From contig NHEJ01000007.1 in NCBI GenBank assembly GCA_002170395.1, positions 215,441-279,440 of the forward strand: a stretch of DNA of 64,000 nucleotides, read 5' to 3'. The stretch comes from Betaproteobacteria bacterium TMED82 (GTDB taxonomy: Bacteria > Pseudomonadota > Gammaproteobacteria > Burkholderiales > Burkholderiaceae_A). Below, in pieces: positions 45,429 through 54,770 of the stretch (its first letter is position 1; every line of letters begins with the position of its first letter). The position numbers were made by a program, and so were the translations under genes. The notes beneath the pieces were generated by a model. That model was not told the DNA's origin. It saw only the letters and a program-made list of their open reading frames with translations, and did not search any database.

Positions 45429-46344
45429 GTTTAAATTCTTTGGAAAATTGTTTTAGAGTCTGAATTAAAGACTTCTTTATTCGTTTGTCATAAGCACTAT
45501 GGCCAGCATTTTCTATTCTTCTTATTTGCGCCCAAGGCATATATTCGACAAGTTTTTCCGCCGTTTTGGGTGGGCAGATAGGATCCTGCTGACCTTGCAC
45601 TATAACAGTAGGTATATTTTTTAGTAAAAAAACCTTGTCCAATATTTCATTTTTCTTAAGGAAACATTCATTTCTTAAAAAGTGTAAATGAACTCTCATT
45701 CTATCAACCAATTTTTCCTCCATTTTTTTTGTAGGTTTGTATGGACTTGAAGAGCTTTCTTTTTTTTCAGTGAGCATCATTGCCGCACTCTCGAATTCCT
45801 GCCATTTTTTTGCCGCCAGAATTTGAAGTTTTTTGTCAGCGGAAAAAATAGCGTTACAGTAGCTCCCTAAAATATCATTTTTTCCTAAAGAAATACTGCA
45901 AAGATTTTTCCATTCCTTGGGTAATCTGTCTTGTAGACCATAAATAAAGCTATCTATTTCCTCCTTTGAACCTAAAAAAATTCCTCTCAAAACTAAAGCT
46001 AAAACTTTATTTGGGTTTTCGATAGCATATTTTAGTGCTACGGTCGAACCCCATGATCCTCCAAATAGCAACCATTTTTTTATGCGAAATTTTTTTCTCA
46101 GCATTTCCATATCGCTTATGGTACTAAGTAAATCATTATGCTCAATGGTTCCTCTAGGTTTGCTAGCACCGCAGCCGCGTTGGTCAAAATAAATAGTGCG
46201 CCAAATCTCAGCATCAAAAAAAATTTTACTACTCTCTGTACATTCACTGCCAGGTCCTCCATGAATAAATATTGAGGGTATGCCTCCAATCGGACCGGTT
46301 GTATCATAAGCAATTAGTTGATTTTGCGAAGTTTTGATATACAT
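45406..46344 (-). CDS. pip: Prolyl aminopeptidase (proline iminopeptidase, alpha/beta hydrolase)
   Basis: FIHGGPG, the nucleophile elbow GGSWGS and the C-terminal AGHSA motif are present. The 3' end overlaps the kinase start by 23 nt. Confidence 0.9.
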   Translation of the reverse strand: MYIKTSQNQLIAYDTTGPIGGIPSIFIHGGPGSECTESSKIFFDAEIWRTIYFDQRGCGASKPRGTIEHNDLLSTISDMEMLRKKFRIKKWLLFGGSWGSTVALKYAIENPNKVLALVLRGIFLGSKEEIDSFIYGLQDRLPKEWKNLCSISLGKNDILGSYCNAIFSADKKLQILAAKKWQEFESAAMMLTEKKESSSSPYKPTKKMEEKLVDRMRVHLHFLRNECFLKKNEILDKVFLLKNIPTVIVQGQQDPICPPKTAEKLVEYMPWAQIRRIENAGHSAYDKRIKKSLIQTLKQFSKEFKHESSIKN

Positions 46345-46551
46345 ATTTGCGAGCTTTCTGTAGGAATCTTTTTTCTATTAGGGTATTCCATTAAAAAAAT
46401 TAATTGCATCTAATTCATGATAATCACTAATAATTTATCGTTACATGATTGATTAATAATACATAAAAATTTGAGATCATACGTACAGCAAGTTTAGGAT
46501 TTTAAACTTGTTATTCTTATATTCATTAACTTTTACAAAAGGAGAAAAACT

Positions 46552-46623
46552 ATGTGGACCAAGCCTACAGCTACCGATCTTCGTTTCGGTTTTGAAATTA
46601 CCATGTATGTTGCTGCTAAGTAA
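46552..46623 (+). CDS. pqqA: PQQ precursor peptide PqqA (23 aa; not in the ORF track)
   Basis: Hand translation gives MWTKPTATDLRFGFEITMYVAAK, with the conserved W-x-K-P and the cross-linking E-x-x-x-Y (EITMY). AAAGGAG lies 8 nt upstream. It sits directly upstream of pqqB. Confidence 0.9.
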   Translation: MWTKPTATDLRFGFEITMYVAAK

Positions 46624-46644
46624 TATTTGGTAAAAGACAGGTGC

Positions 46645-46680
46645 GCCCGCACTCCACAGAGTGTGGGCGAATCTTTTGGA
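46645..46680 (+). terminator. Stem-loop plus U-run between pqqA and pqqB (attenuator or partial terminator)
   Basis: GCCCGCACUC-CACA-GAGUGUGGGC forms a 10-bp stem with one G-U pair (46645-46668), followed by GAAUCUUUU. Its position is the classic pqqA/pqqB stoichiometry-control site. Confidence 0.6.
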
Positions 46681-46687
46681 GAATTAA

Positions 46688-47608
46688 TTGATTATTAGAG
46701 TTCTAGGATCCGCGGCTGGTGGAGGATTCCCCCAGTGGAACTGTAACTGCCTAAATTGCGATAGCGTTAGAAAAAGTGAGCCCGGGTTTACTCCCAGAAC
46801 TCAATCCTCTATAGCTGTGAGCAGTGACGGTGTAAGCTGGATATTGTTTAATGCTTCCCCTGATATTCTGACTCAATTAAAGCAAGCGGGTGGTAGATTG
46901 CAGCCTGGCAGAAATGTAAGGGATTCTGGCATTGTTGCAGTTGTATTAATGGACGCTCAAATAGACCACACTACCGGATTGTTTATGTTAAGAGAGTCTT
47001 CTCGTCCTCTCGAGATCTATGCTACTTCTCAGGTCAGAGAGGATCTCTCAACTGGCAACCCAATTTTTAAAGTCTTAGATTTTTATTGCTCCGTTAATTG
47101 GCATGAGATTTCTACCGAGAAGGCGGAGGTGTTAGTTGTTCCAAAAGTTAACGGCCTGGAGATGGAGCTTATACCCCTAAAGAGCGAAGCACCTCCGTAT
47201 TCGCCAAATCGAGGGAATTCTCAAACAGGAGATAACGTAGGTGTATTCCTGAAGGATGTTAAATCAAACAAATCCGTTTTTTATGCTCCTGGGTTATGTG
47301 AGATTGAAAGTCACCTTGTATCTCCCATGAAAAAAGCTGATGTCTTGCTGGTAGATGGGACTTTTTGGACTGACTCAGAAATGATAGATAACGGGCTATC
47401 AAAAAAAATGGCTCGGGAAATGGGACACAAACCTCAATCCGGCCCAGATGGTATGATTGAAGCGTTAAGCGAGTTTGCCGATGCACGGAAAATCTTAATT
47501 CACATAAATAACTCTAACCCCATATTAAATGAAAATTCAAAAGAAAGGCTAGAGTTGAACAAGTTAAATATCGAGGTAGCCTACGATGGGCTAGAAATAC
47601 TATTATGA
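46688..47608 (+). CDS. pqqB: PQQ biosynthesis protein PqqB (MBL fold)
   Basis: [22 protein letters not shown] is the hallmark PqqB N-terminus. The start codon is TTG, preceded by GGAG. Confidence 0.95.
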   Translation: MIIRVLGSAAGGGFPQWNCNCLNCDSVRKSEPGFTPRTQSSIAVSSDGVSWILFNASPDILTQLKQAGGRLQPGRNVRDSGIVAVVLMDAQIDHTTGLFMLRESSRPLEIYATSQVREDLSTGNPIFKVLDFYCSVNWHEISTEKAEVLVVPKVNGLEMELIPLKSEAPPYSPNRGNSQTGDNVGVFLKDVKSNKSVFYAPGLCEIESHLVSPMKKADVLLVDGTFWTDSEMIDNGLSKKMAREMGHKPQSGPDGMIEALSEFADARKILIHINNSNPILNENSKERLELNKLNIEVAYDGLEILL

Positions 47609-48372
47609 TTAAAACTAAAGAAAATTTACTCCACTTAGCTACGGTATCAGGCGAGGAAAAACCTTTTCCAAAGGCTGAGTTTGAAAGGATGTTGCAGGAA
47701 AAAGGTTCCAGTTATCATATCTACCACCCATTTCACGTTATGATGGCTGAGGGTAAATTGTCGAAGAAGCAGTTGCAGGGTTGGGTGGCTAACAGGTTTT
47801 ATTACCAAATAAGCATACCAATTAAAGATGCTGCCATACTTTCTAATTGTCCTATACCCGAGATTCGGAGAGAATGGATTCAAAGAATTCTTGATCATGA
47901 CGGATTTGATGGTGATGCTGGAGGTATTGATGCATGGCTAGGCCTTGGTGAGGCAGTTGGCTTGAAAAGAGATGTTGTTGCTAGTCTAGAGCTAGTTGCT
48001 CCTGCAGCTCGATTTGCAGTGGATGCTTACGTTAATTTTGCAAAAAACGCGACTTGGCAGGAGGCAATAGCTTCAAGCCTGACAGAATTATTTGCCCCAC
48101 ACATCCATCAGCAACGTCTGGATACCTGGCCTGAAAAATACCCCTGGGTAGATCCAGAGGGAATGAAATATTTCAAGTATCGGCTCGGTCAGGCGCGAAG
48201 GGATGTCAAGCACGGATTGGAAGTTACCAAGGATTTTTTCAGTAATTCTAGAGCTCTGCAGGATAGGGCCTTGGAAATTTTGCAATTTAAATTAGATGTT
48301 TTATGGTCTTTAGCTGATGCTATCATGTTGCAACAATGTGAAATTTCCGTATTAGGTTCCAAACAAGGTTAA
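47605..48372 (+). CDS. pqqC: Pyrroloquinoline-quinone synthase PqqC
   Basis: [32 protein letters not shown] is the canonical PqqC sequence. It overlaps pqqB by 4 nt. Confidence 0.95.
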   Translation: MIKTKENLLHLATVSGEEKPFPKAEFERMLQEKGSSYHIYHPFHVMMAEGKLSKKQLQGWVANRFYYQISIPIKDAAILSNCPIPEIRREWIQRILDHDGFDGDAGGIDAWLGLGEAVGLKRDVVASLELVAPAARFAVDAYVNFAKNATWQEAIASSLTELFAPHIHQQRLDTWPEKYPWVDPEGMKYFKYRLGQARRDVKHGLEVTKDFFSNSRALQDRALEILQFKLDVLWSLADAIMLQQCEISVLGSKQG

Positions 48373-48374
48373 CT

Positions 48375-48656
48375 ATGTTTAGCGATTCAACCGTCTTTAA
48401 GTTATCCAAATTATTTAGGCTTCAGTGGGAACCCGCTCAAGAGTCGCATGTTTTGCTTTACCCCGAAGGAATGGTTAAGTTAAACGGAAGCGCCGGAGAA
48501 ATATTGAGTCGTTTGGACGGAGTTAAGCCCATATCTGAAGTGGTGAATGAAATCGAAAAAAAATTTAACGCTGCAGATATTCGAAAGGATGTTTTTTCTT
48601 TTGTGGAAATCGCTTTGAAACAAGGTTGGATTTGTGAGGATGAGGAAGGGCGTTAA
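48375..48656 (+). CDS. pqqD: PqqA-binding chaperone PqqD
   Basis: 93 aa. RLQWEPAQESHVLLYPEGMVKLNGSAGEIL is the typical PqqD (RRE) sequence. Confidence 0.9.
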   Translation: MFSDSTVFKLSKLFRLQWEPAQESHVLLYPEGMVKLNGSAGEILSRLDGVKPISEVVNEIEKKFNAADIRKDVFSFVEIALKQGWICEDEEGR

Positions 48657-48657
48657 G

Positions 48658-49881
48658 ATGGCTGATACTAATATTGAGCCCCCACTCTGGTTACTCGCAG
48701 AGATTACTTATCGGTGTCCCTTGCACTGCGTTTTTTGTTATAACCCGGTTGACTACGCTAAGCAGCATAAGGAGCTCAGTACGAAAGAATGGATTGATGT
48801 TCTAAGACAGGGAAGAAGAATGGGTGCTGCTCAATTAGGTCTATCGGGTGGGGAGCCTCTGCTGAGAAATGATCTGGAAGAAATCGTTGAAGAAGGAAGA
48901 AAGCTTGGTTACTACATAAACCTGATTACTTCAGGTATTGGATTAACAGAGAAAAGAATCAAGAGACTAAAAGATGCAGGGTTGGATCACATTCAACTTT
49001 CTTTTCAAGACAGTACAAAAGAAATGAATGATTTTTTGTCTAGCACTAAAACATTCGATTTAAAGAAAAAAGTTGCCGAATTGATTAAGAAATATGATTA
49101 TCCGATGGTGTTGAATTGTGTTTTACACAAGCTAAATATTGACCATATAGGGGAAATTCTTACTATGGCTGAGTCAATGGGAGCTGACTATGTTGAATTA
49201 GCTAATACACAATTCTATTCTTGGGCGAAGTTAAATAGGGACCAACTGCTGCCTTCGAAGGAACAACTTGAACGTGCAGAAAAAACTATGAAAAAGTTTA
49301 GGGATCGTTTAGGAAATAGGATGAAGCTGTTTTTTATAATGCCAGATTATTACAGCAATAGACCAAAAAAGTGTATGAATGGTTGGGGCAATATTTTTGT
49401 TACTATTCAATCAGACGGTACGGTATTACCTTGTCACGTGGCCAGCATGCTTCCCGGTATGGAGTTTCCCAGCATTAGAGAAAAGCCTTTGGATTGGATT
49501 TGGTATAAATCTCCAGGTTTTAATAAATTTAGGGGAAAAAGTTGGATGAAGGAGCCTTGTAAAAGCTGCCCGGAGCAAAATGAGGATTTGGGAGGGTGTC
49601 GTTGCCAAGCATATATGCTTACAGGTGACCCTGCCAATGCTGACCCCGTTTGTGATAAAAGCGAGCATCACGCAAAGGTTATTGAGGCGGTGGAGGATGC
49701 TTCAAAGCCCATCAATAATGAAAAGAAAATTATATTCAGAACAGACAGTGACTCAAGAAAACTAATGAATCAAAAAATAAATGGAGGCCTTGATTTAGAA
49801 AAAAATCGGTTATTCGAGGATAGTTCTAGTCCAAGTGATGAAAAAAGCAGAGTGGGGTCGTCGTCAGTTGAAATCCCATGA
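48658..49881 (+). CDS. pqqE: Radical-SAM/SPASM enzyme PqqE, with a C-terminal tail of about 35 aa
   Basis: It has the CPLHCVFCYN radical-SAM motif and SPASM Cys clusters (CxxCP...CRCQA...C). ATG at 48658 is preferred because GAGGAAGGG lies 7 nt upstream and the codon sits 1 nt after the pqqD stop. The track start is a GTG at 48634. Confidence 0.95.
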   Translation: MADTNIEPPLWLLAEITYRCPLHCVFCYNPVDYAKQHKELSTKEWIDVLRQGRRMGAAQLGLSGGEPLLRNDLEEIVEEGRKLGYYINLITSGIGLTEKRIKRLKDAGLDHIQLSFQDSTKEMNDFLSSTKTFDLKKKVAELIKKYDYPMVLNCVLHKLNIDHIGEILTMAESMGADYVELANTQFYSWAKLNRDQLLPSKEQLERAEKTMKKFRDRLGNRMKLFFIMPDYYSNRPKKCMNGWGNIFVTIQSDGTVLPCHVASMLPGMEFPSIREKPLDWIWYKSPGFNKFRGKSWMKEPCKSCPEQNEDLGGCRCQAYMLTGDPANADPVCDKSEHHAKVIEAVEDASKPINNEKKIIFRTDSDSRKLMNQKINGGLDLEKNRLFEDSSSPSDEKSRVGSSSVEIP

Positions 49882-50809
49882 AAGCACTCATTCTGAAACT
49901 CTTGCTATAGAAGTTACCAAACTTACAAAGACATTTGAAAATAAAAATGCCGTTTCGAATTTAACCTTTAAAGTTAAATCTGGAGGCTTCTTCGGTCTTT
50001 TGGGTCCCAATGGTGCGGGTAAGACCAGTAGTATAAATATGATGTCTTCCATGTTGCGTCCCAGTAGCGGAGAAGTTAAGTTATTCGGTATGAATGTAAA
50101 CAGCAAACCTTTAGAGATAAGAAAAATAATCGGTTTAGTTTTTCAAGATTCTTCCTTAGATAGGCAGTTGTCAGTTTGGGAAAATTTGAGGTTTGCGGGT
50201 ATGCTCCATAACTTACCGATGTGTCAAATAACAGATAATGCCGAAAAACTTCTTAATTTATTTAATCTTAATGATAAAAAAAATAAACCTGTACGGACAC
50301 TCTCTGGTGGACAGAGAAGAGCTCTGGATGTCGCCCGCGGTGTTATTCATAGCCCAAAAATTTTATTTTTGGATGAACCAACTATAGGTCTAGATTTACC
50401 CACGCGCTTGCGCTTGTGGGAATTCATTCATGAACTGAGGGTGCTTAGTGGAATGACAGTACTATTGACTACTCATTATTTGGAGGAGGCTTCAGGTTGT
50501 ACTGCAGTTGCTTTCCTGAAAGAAGGTAAATTAGTATTAGAGGGAGCACCTAATGAATTGACAAGCAGTTTATGTTCAAATGTTTTAGAAATTGAATCGC
50601 CCAAAATGAATAAGATTTTTGGGGAATTAACTGCGCAATTTGGTATTGGCAAGCAAAAATTTCGCACTGCGTACATAAATTTAAAGAAACATGAGGGCTT
50701 TAACCTCTCATCGAAACTTGACCAAATAAAGGAAAAGTTTGGGAGTGATTTGACAAAAGTTATCGTAAGACCTCCAAATTTAAATGATGTGTTTTTGTGG
50801 ATTAATTAA
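49835..50809 (+). CDS. ABC transporter ATP-binding protein (ABC-2/DrrA-type exporter subunit)
   Basis: Walker A GPNGAGKTS, Q-loop, signature LSGGQRR and Walker B ILFLDEPT are present. The only possible starts (GTG 49835, ATG 49838, TTG 49868) all lie inside the pqqE 3' end. Confidence 0.9.
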   Translation: MMKKAEWGRRQLKSHESTHSETLAIEVTKLTKTFENKNAVSNLTFKVKSGGFFGLLGPNGAGKTSSINMMSSMLRPSSGEVKLFGMNVNSKPLEIRKIIGLVFQDSSLDRQLSVWENLRFAGMLHNLPMCQITDNAEKLLNLFNLNDKKNKPVRTLSGGQRRALDVARGVIHSPKILFLDEPTIGLDLPTRLRLWEFIHELRVLSGMTVLLTTHYLEEASGCTAVAFLKEGKLVLEGAPNELTSSLCSNVLEIESPKMNKIFGELTAQFGIGKQKFRTAYINLKKHEGFNLSSKLDQIKEKFGSDLTKVIVRPPNLNDVFLWIN

Positions 50810-51603
50810 TGGTTTATAGAGCTATTTATGCTGTTGTTGAAAGAGACATAGTCAAATTATTTAGGCAAAAAGGAAGGGTGTTATCAGCCCTAGTTCGTCC
50901 GCTCATATGGCTTTTTGTCATTGGAGCTGGTTTCGAATCTCTTCTCGTCGGAAATGATCAAAACTACGTACAATTCCTTGTCCCCGGTGTTGTGGGAATG
51001 GCTATTTTATTCGGAGCCTTGCTTGGAGCTCTATCAACCGTGTATGAGAAAGAGTCTGGAGTGATGAGGCTACTTGTGATTGCACCGATAAAAAGGAGAT
51101 GGGTTGTTTTTGCAAAGATGGCGGCTGCGACTGTATCATCTTTTTTCCAGGTAGTATTGCTTAGCATAATTTTATTTATGATTGGCAAACTGAGCTTAGG
51201 CATAAATTGGCCTCTCTTTTTTTTAGCAGTAATACTTTTATCGATTACTTGCTCCGGAATCGGAATGTTGGTAGCAGTTTTTTCTGAGACCTTAGATAAT
51301 TTTGCTGCAATTATGAATTTTGTTATTTTCCCGATATTTTTTCTCTCGGGGTCACTTTACCCTGTCGATAATCTCCCAGGCCTTTTAGGAATAATAGCTG
51401 AAATTAATCCTTATACTTATGGCGTAGATTTATTAAAGCATGCCATCTTGGTTCCCTTAGGAGGGAAGGCGGATATTAATATTTTTACGAATATTGCAGT
51501 GTTAGTAATTTTTTCTATTTTTTCTTTCATCGTGTGTAGTTGGAGATTTTCCAATGAGGAAATTGCTTTTAAGTGGTTTCCGCAGAAAATAAAAAGGTCA
51601 TAG
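50809..51603 (+). CDS. ABC-2 type transporter permease
   Basis: 264 aa with about six hydrophobic helices. The start shares 1 nt with the ATPase stop (TAATG). Confidence 0.8.
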   Translation: MVYRAIYAVVERDIVKLFRQKGRVLSALVRPLIWLFVIGAGFESLLVGNDQNYVQFLVPGVVGMAILFGALLGALSTVYEKESGVMRLLVIAPIKRRWVVFAKMAAATVSSFFQVVLLSIILFMIGKLSLGINWPLFFLAVILLSITCSGIGMLVAVFSETLDNFAAIMNFVIFPIFFLSGSLYPVDNLPGLLGIIAEINPYTYGVDLLKHAILVPLGGKADINIFTNIAVLVIFSIFSFIVCSWRFSNEEIAFKWFPQKIKRS

Positions 51604-51605
51604 CA

Positions 51606-52235
51606 CTAAAAGTTTCCTCTTGTTAAAGTAGCAAAATAAGAGTAACCCCCAAGTTTACTTTTTACCTTAGATTTGCATTCTTTATTGAATTCGAAAATAT
51701 TAAGTACTTCATGGTCTGGGTATACTTGAAAAAAGTTTAAAAATCCAAAAAAAGGCTCCTTAACTATTGATGGCCAATATTTAAATGATCCAAAATCTAA
51801 AATATAAATAGAACCACCCGGAGGAAGTTGGTTAAAAATATTTGTAAGGGCTTCTTTTGGTTTTGGAATCATTGATAAGGAATATGGAAAAATAAATTTA
51901 TCTATCTGCTCTTCAAAAATATAATTCTCAGCCATACCATGATAGAGTTTTATTTTCTTTTCGAGATTATTTTTCTTCAATTTAGAAGATGCTTTTTCAA
52001 GCATTAATGTTGAGGCATCAAGTCCAATTAATTGTACATTTTGTGTTCGCTGGGAAAGTCTCACAAGATTTCGAGCTGTACCGCAACCTATTTCGCATAT
52101 AGTTTCTCCTAAGCGAGGATTCAGATCTTCAAGAAGAGAATTCCTCCCGAATAAAAAAAGAGGTCGGGTTATATCGTACACGTGTCTTGTGAATTTATAA
52201 TTTTCATTCATCTTATCTTGATGTTTTTTGCTCAT
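51606..52235 (-). CDS. Class I SAM-dependent methyltransferase, BtaB-like (DGTS N-methyltransferase candidate)
   Basis: 209 aa. The N-terminal HVYDITRPLFLFGR and the SAM motif ICEIGCGTARNL match my recollection of Rhodobacter BtaB. It sits immediately downstream of a BtaA-like gene. Confidence 0.7.
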   Translation of the reverse strand: MSKKHQDKMNENYKFTRHVYDITRPLFLFGRNSLLEDLNPRLGETICEIGCGTARNLVRLSQRTQNVQLIGLDASTLMLEKASSKLKKNNLEKKIKLYHGMAENYIFEEQIDKFIFPYSLSMIPKPKEALTNIFNQLPPGGSIYILDFGSFKYWPSIVKEPFFGFLNFFQVYPDHEVLNIFEFNKECKSKVKSKLGGYSYFATLTRGNF

Positions 52236-52263
52236 AATTAATCAATTTTGATAAAGAAAATTT

Positions 52264-53481
52264 TTAAATTTTTTTTAAAAGATGAAATCCTCCATAAATG
52301 GCTGATCTATCTTTTTGATAAAGAGAGTAAGATTCTTCCCAGTCATAACTCCATGCATTAAGTAACTCAGCAGGTAATCTGCTTTGCAAAATATTCTTCT
52401 TTCCAGCTGTGCGAAAAATAACTCTAGCATTTGGTTTGGACGTTCGATTTATTTGAATCCATAAGGCTGTCAGTTGCTCGTTAGACATCCAGTCTTGAGC
52501 ATCCAGTAAAACATAAGCATCTAAACTATCTCGCGATCTCTCAGATAAAAATTCTGTCAAATTTTTTTGTTGAATATTCAGCTTGTGAATTTGCTCCTTC
52601 AGTTTTTTAAAATTTTTTTCCATTAAATAGCGCGGAATCGCTTTGCGGCCTTGCGTATCGTACCGACGACCAAAAGCCTGCCATGCGAAGTAGTTTTCAG
52701 ATATATCAAAGTTACAAGCTAGTCTACTTAATCTCTCTTCTAAAACCTCAGAAATATTTTTATGTTCACCTTTTAGTTCGTGATATTGTGCAGTAGGTAT
52801 ACCTAAAGCAAAAAGTGCAATCGGAGTTTTTGTTAAAATTCGCAAAAGAGGGTGCTTCATCAATCTTCCCAGAGATCTGTTATAACAAATGCGCTGCTCG
52901 TCAAGCGATTTGGTATGCAGCAGCTTTTGTGGCTGCATACCAAATAATCGACATAAAATATGACTGAATCCTATGAAGTTACCAAGAGCACCATATCTAT
53001 AAAAGTTGCGACTGAAAGCTGAAATACGCTTATTGAAGGGAGCTCTTGCCTGCCAATACTTTTTACTTTCAGCATCTAAGTTGGGAAGAAGGTATTTATC
53101 AAAATTAAGGATATTTTTATTAGTGTTGGCTTTTCCAAAAAACTCAAAAAAATCCTCATAATTCTCAAAATTCTCAATGGCGCAAATCTTAAGTTTATTT
53201 AGAGCTAGATGTGCCCTACTTAAATCTAAACCATGTATCTGGTCAGGTGATTCAGTTAGCATATTCAAAAGGTTACAACCGCCGGAGGCAATTGCTAAAA
53301 TTTCATCAGTCTTTCTGAGGTTTAAAGCCTCTAAATCAACTTCAGGATCTTCCCAAATTTGAGGGTATATCATAACGTGATCGAACATACCGGAAAATAT
53401 TCTATCTAGAATTTGTCTGCCTCTACCTGCCTTTTCTACTCCACCCGTTACAGCATGATGAGTAATTTGATTATTTTTCAT
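52264..53481 (-). CDS. DUF3419/BtaA-like S-adenosylmethionine:diacylglycerol 3-amino-3-carboxypropyl transferase candidate
   Basis: YPQIWEDPEVDLEALNL...ILAIASGGCNLLNML is the DUF3419 (BtaA) signature as I recall it. ATG at 53481 (MKNNQ...) is preferred over the TTG track start at 53556. Confidence 0.75.
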   Translation of the reverse strand: MKNNQITHHAVTGGVEKAGRGRQILDRIFSGMFDHVMIYPQIWEDPEVDLEALNLRKTDEILAIASGGCNLLNMLTESPDQIHGLDLSRAHLALNKLKICAIENFENYEDFFEFFGKANTNKNILNFDKYLLPNLDAESKKYWQARAPFNKRISAFSRNFYRYGALGNFIGFSHILCRLFGMQPQKLLHTKSLDEQRICYNRSLGRLMKHPLLRILTKTPIALFALGIPTAQYHELKGEHKNISEVLEERLSRLACNFDISENYFAWQAFGRRYDTQGRKAIPRYLMEKNFKKLKEQIHKLNIQQKNLTEFLSERSRDSLDAYVLLDAQDWMSNEQLTALWIQINRTSKPNARVIFRTAGKKNILQSRLPAELLNAWSYDWEESYSLYQKDRSAIYGGFHLLKKI

Positions 53482-53727
53482 AACTACAAGTTTACCTTTA
53501 AAAAGACAACAAATAATACTTTTGTACCATGAGGATATATTAATGCGGTGGGTCAAAAAAGCTAAATAGTCAAAATAGATTATTTATACAGTAGCCTTTG
53601 TTTTCTTTTAAGAAAATAAAAGAATAGGTTTTACACCCTTAATAGCCTACTGAGTTCTAAGGAAAATTCATCACTTTTTCCCAATTACTGAGACCGAATA
53701 TTTTTTCACGAAACTAATTTTCATTTA

Positions 53728-54684
53728 CTAGTTTTTATAAGTTCCAAAGTAAAGCCATTCTTGTCCAATTTCTGCATCACTATTCGGAAAAATAATAAAT
53801 CCATCTTCAGGAGCAAGAATTTGCGAACCGTTTTTTCTTTTAGCTACTGGCTTTCCTTTTGAGACTCTATCGAAATTTTGCCAGTCGAATAAAAAAAAAT
53901 CATTAGCGTCGAGTTTGTCAACTACTCGAATAAGTTTTATCACACGTGGGTTGTAAATTTTTAACGTATTACTGGGATTTGTTATTAAGCTCAAATGAGC
54001 TAGCAGATTAATAACAGCATTGGTTGCAACTTTAACGGAGTTAGGGTCGGAGTGCTGTCCACACTCTAAAGTAACTGCAGCAATACCGCTTTTTCGAGCA
54101 AATTCTGTGGTTCCGTCCCCGTAATTTTCATCATAATTTAAATGAAATGGCTCTTTTATTTTATCTCTTTCCCTTCGGTTTTTTACTCCAGTTAAATATG
54201 TCGAAGACCAGTCAGAGATAACGGTAGTGACCCCTAGCCAGGAAGCAATTTTTGCCTCCGACACTTTACATAAATTGTTTACTGGTAAAGTCATGTCGCT
54301 ATTACCTATAAGCGCAAACGGTTCCTGACCTTTTTTAAATGAGTGCAAATCTAGCAGAATTTGATGATCTTTTATCAGTGGGCAAAGAATGTTATTCAAA
54401 GAATCTTCGAAACTTTCAATGGCAATTTTAGGATAGAAGCACCGATTTAAATTTCGGTCTCCATTCCTGGTGTTTCGATTAGCTGCTAGGGCATTACAAA
54501 CGGGAACCAACGTTAGTTTACCTGTTTTTAATTTAATTTTGCCAGATCGCAAGGAATTTATAATTTTAAGTATTGCTTCAGTGCCGCAAGGTTCATTTCC
54601 ATGAACTCTACCTACAATTAGAATAGCTAGACCCGGCTCTAAACCAAAAAAAGTGTATGATTCCAAATGTGAAGGGTTTATCAT
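53728..54684 (-). CDS. Succinylglutamate desuccinylase/aspartoacylase-family zinc hydrolase
   Basis: VGRVHGNEPCG (HxxE zinc site), the DLH motif and the 318-aa length are typical of the AstE/AspA family. Confidence 0.75.
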   Translation of the reverse strand: MINPSHLESYTFFGLEPGLAILIVGRVHGNEPCGTEAILKIINSLRSGKIKLKTGKLTLVPVCNALAANRNTRNGDRNLNRCFYPKIAIESFEDSLNNILCPLIKDHQILLDLHSFKKGQEPFALIGNSDMTLPVNNLCKVSEAKIASWLGVTTVISDWSSTYLTGVKNRRERDKIKEPFHLNYDENYGDGTTEFARKSGIAAVTLECGQHSDPNSVKVATNAVINLLAHLSLITNPSNTLKIYNPRVIKLIRVVDKLDANDFFLFDWQNFDRVSKGKPVAKRKNGSQILAPEDGFIIFPNSDAEIGQEWLYFGTYKN

Positions 54685-54770
54685 TATAATCTTTTCGAAA
54701 GTAATAAATTCACTGTAATTTGAGATAAATGCATAAGCTGTAGTTTAATTCTACGGCATGGAGGAGTTTT

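Noticed and set aside
53557-53640. A possible Pho box upstream of btaA (minus strand CTGTATAAATAATCTATTTTGAC).
   Set aside because: Only the first heptad resembles CTGTCAT. The second repeat, at 11-bp spacing, matches 4 of 6 positions in an AT-rich background. That is too weak to call without a PWM scan or conservation.
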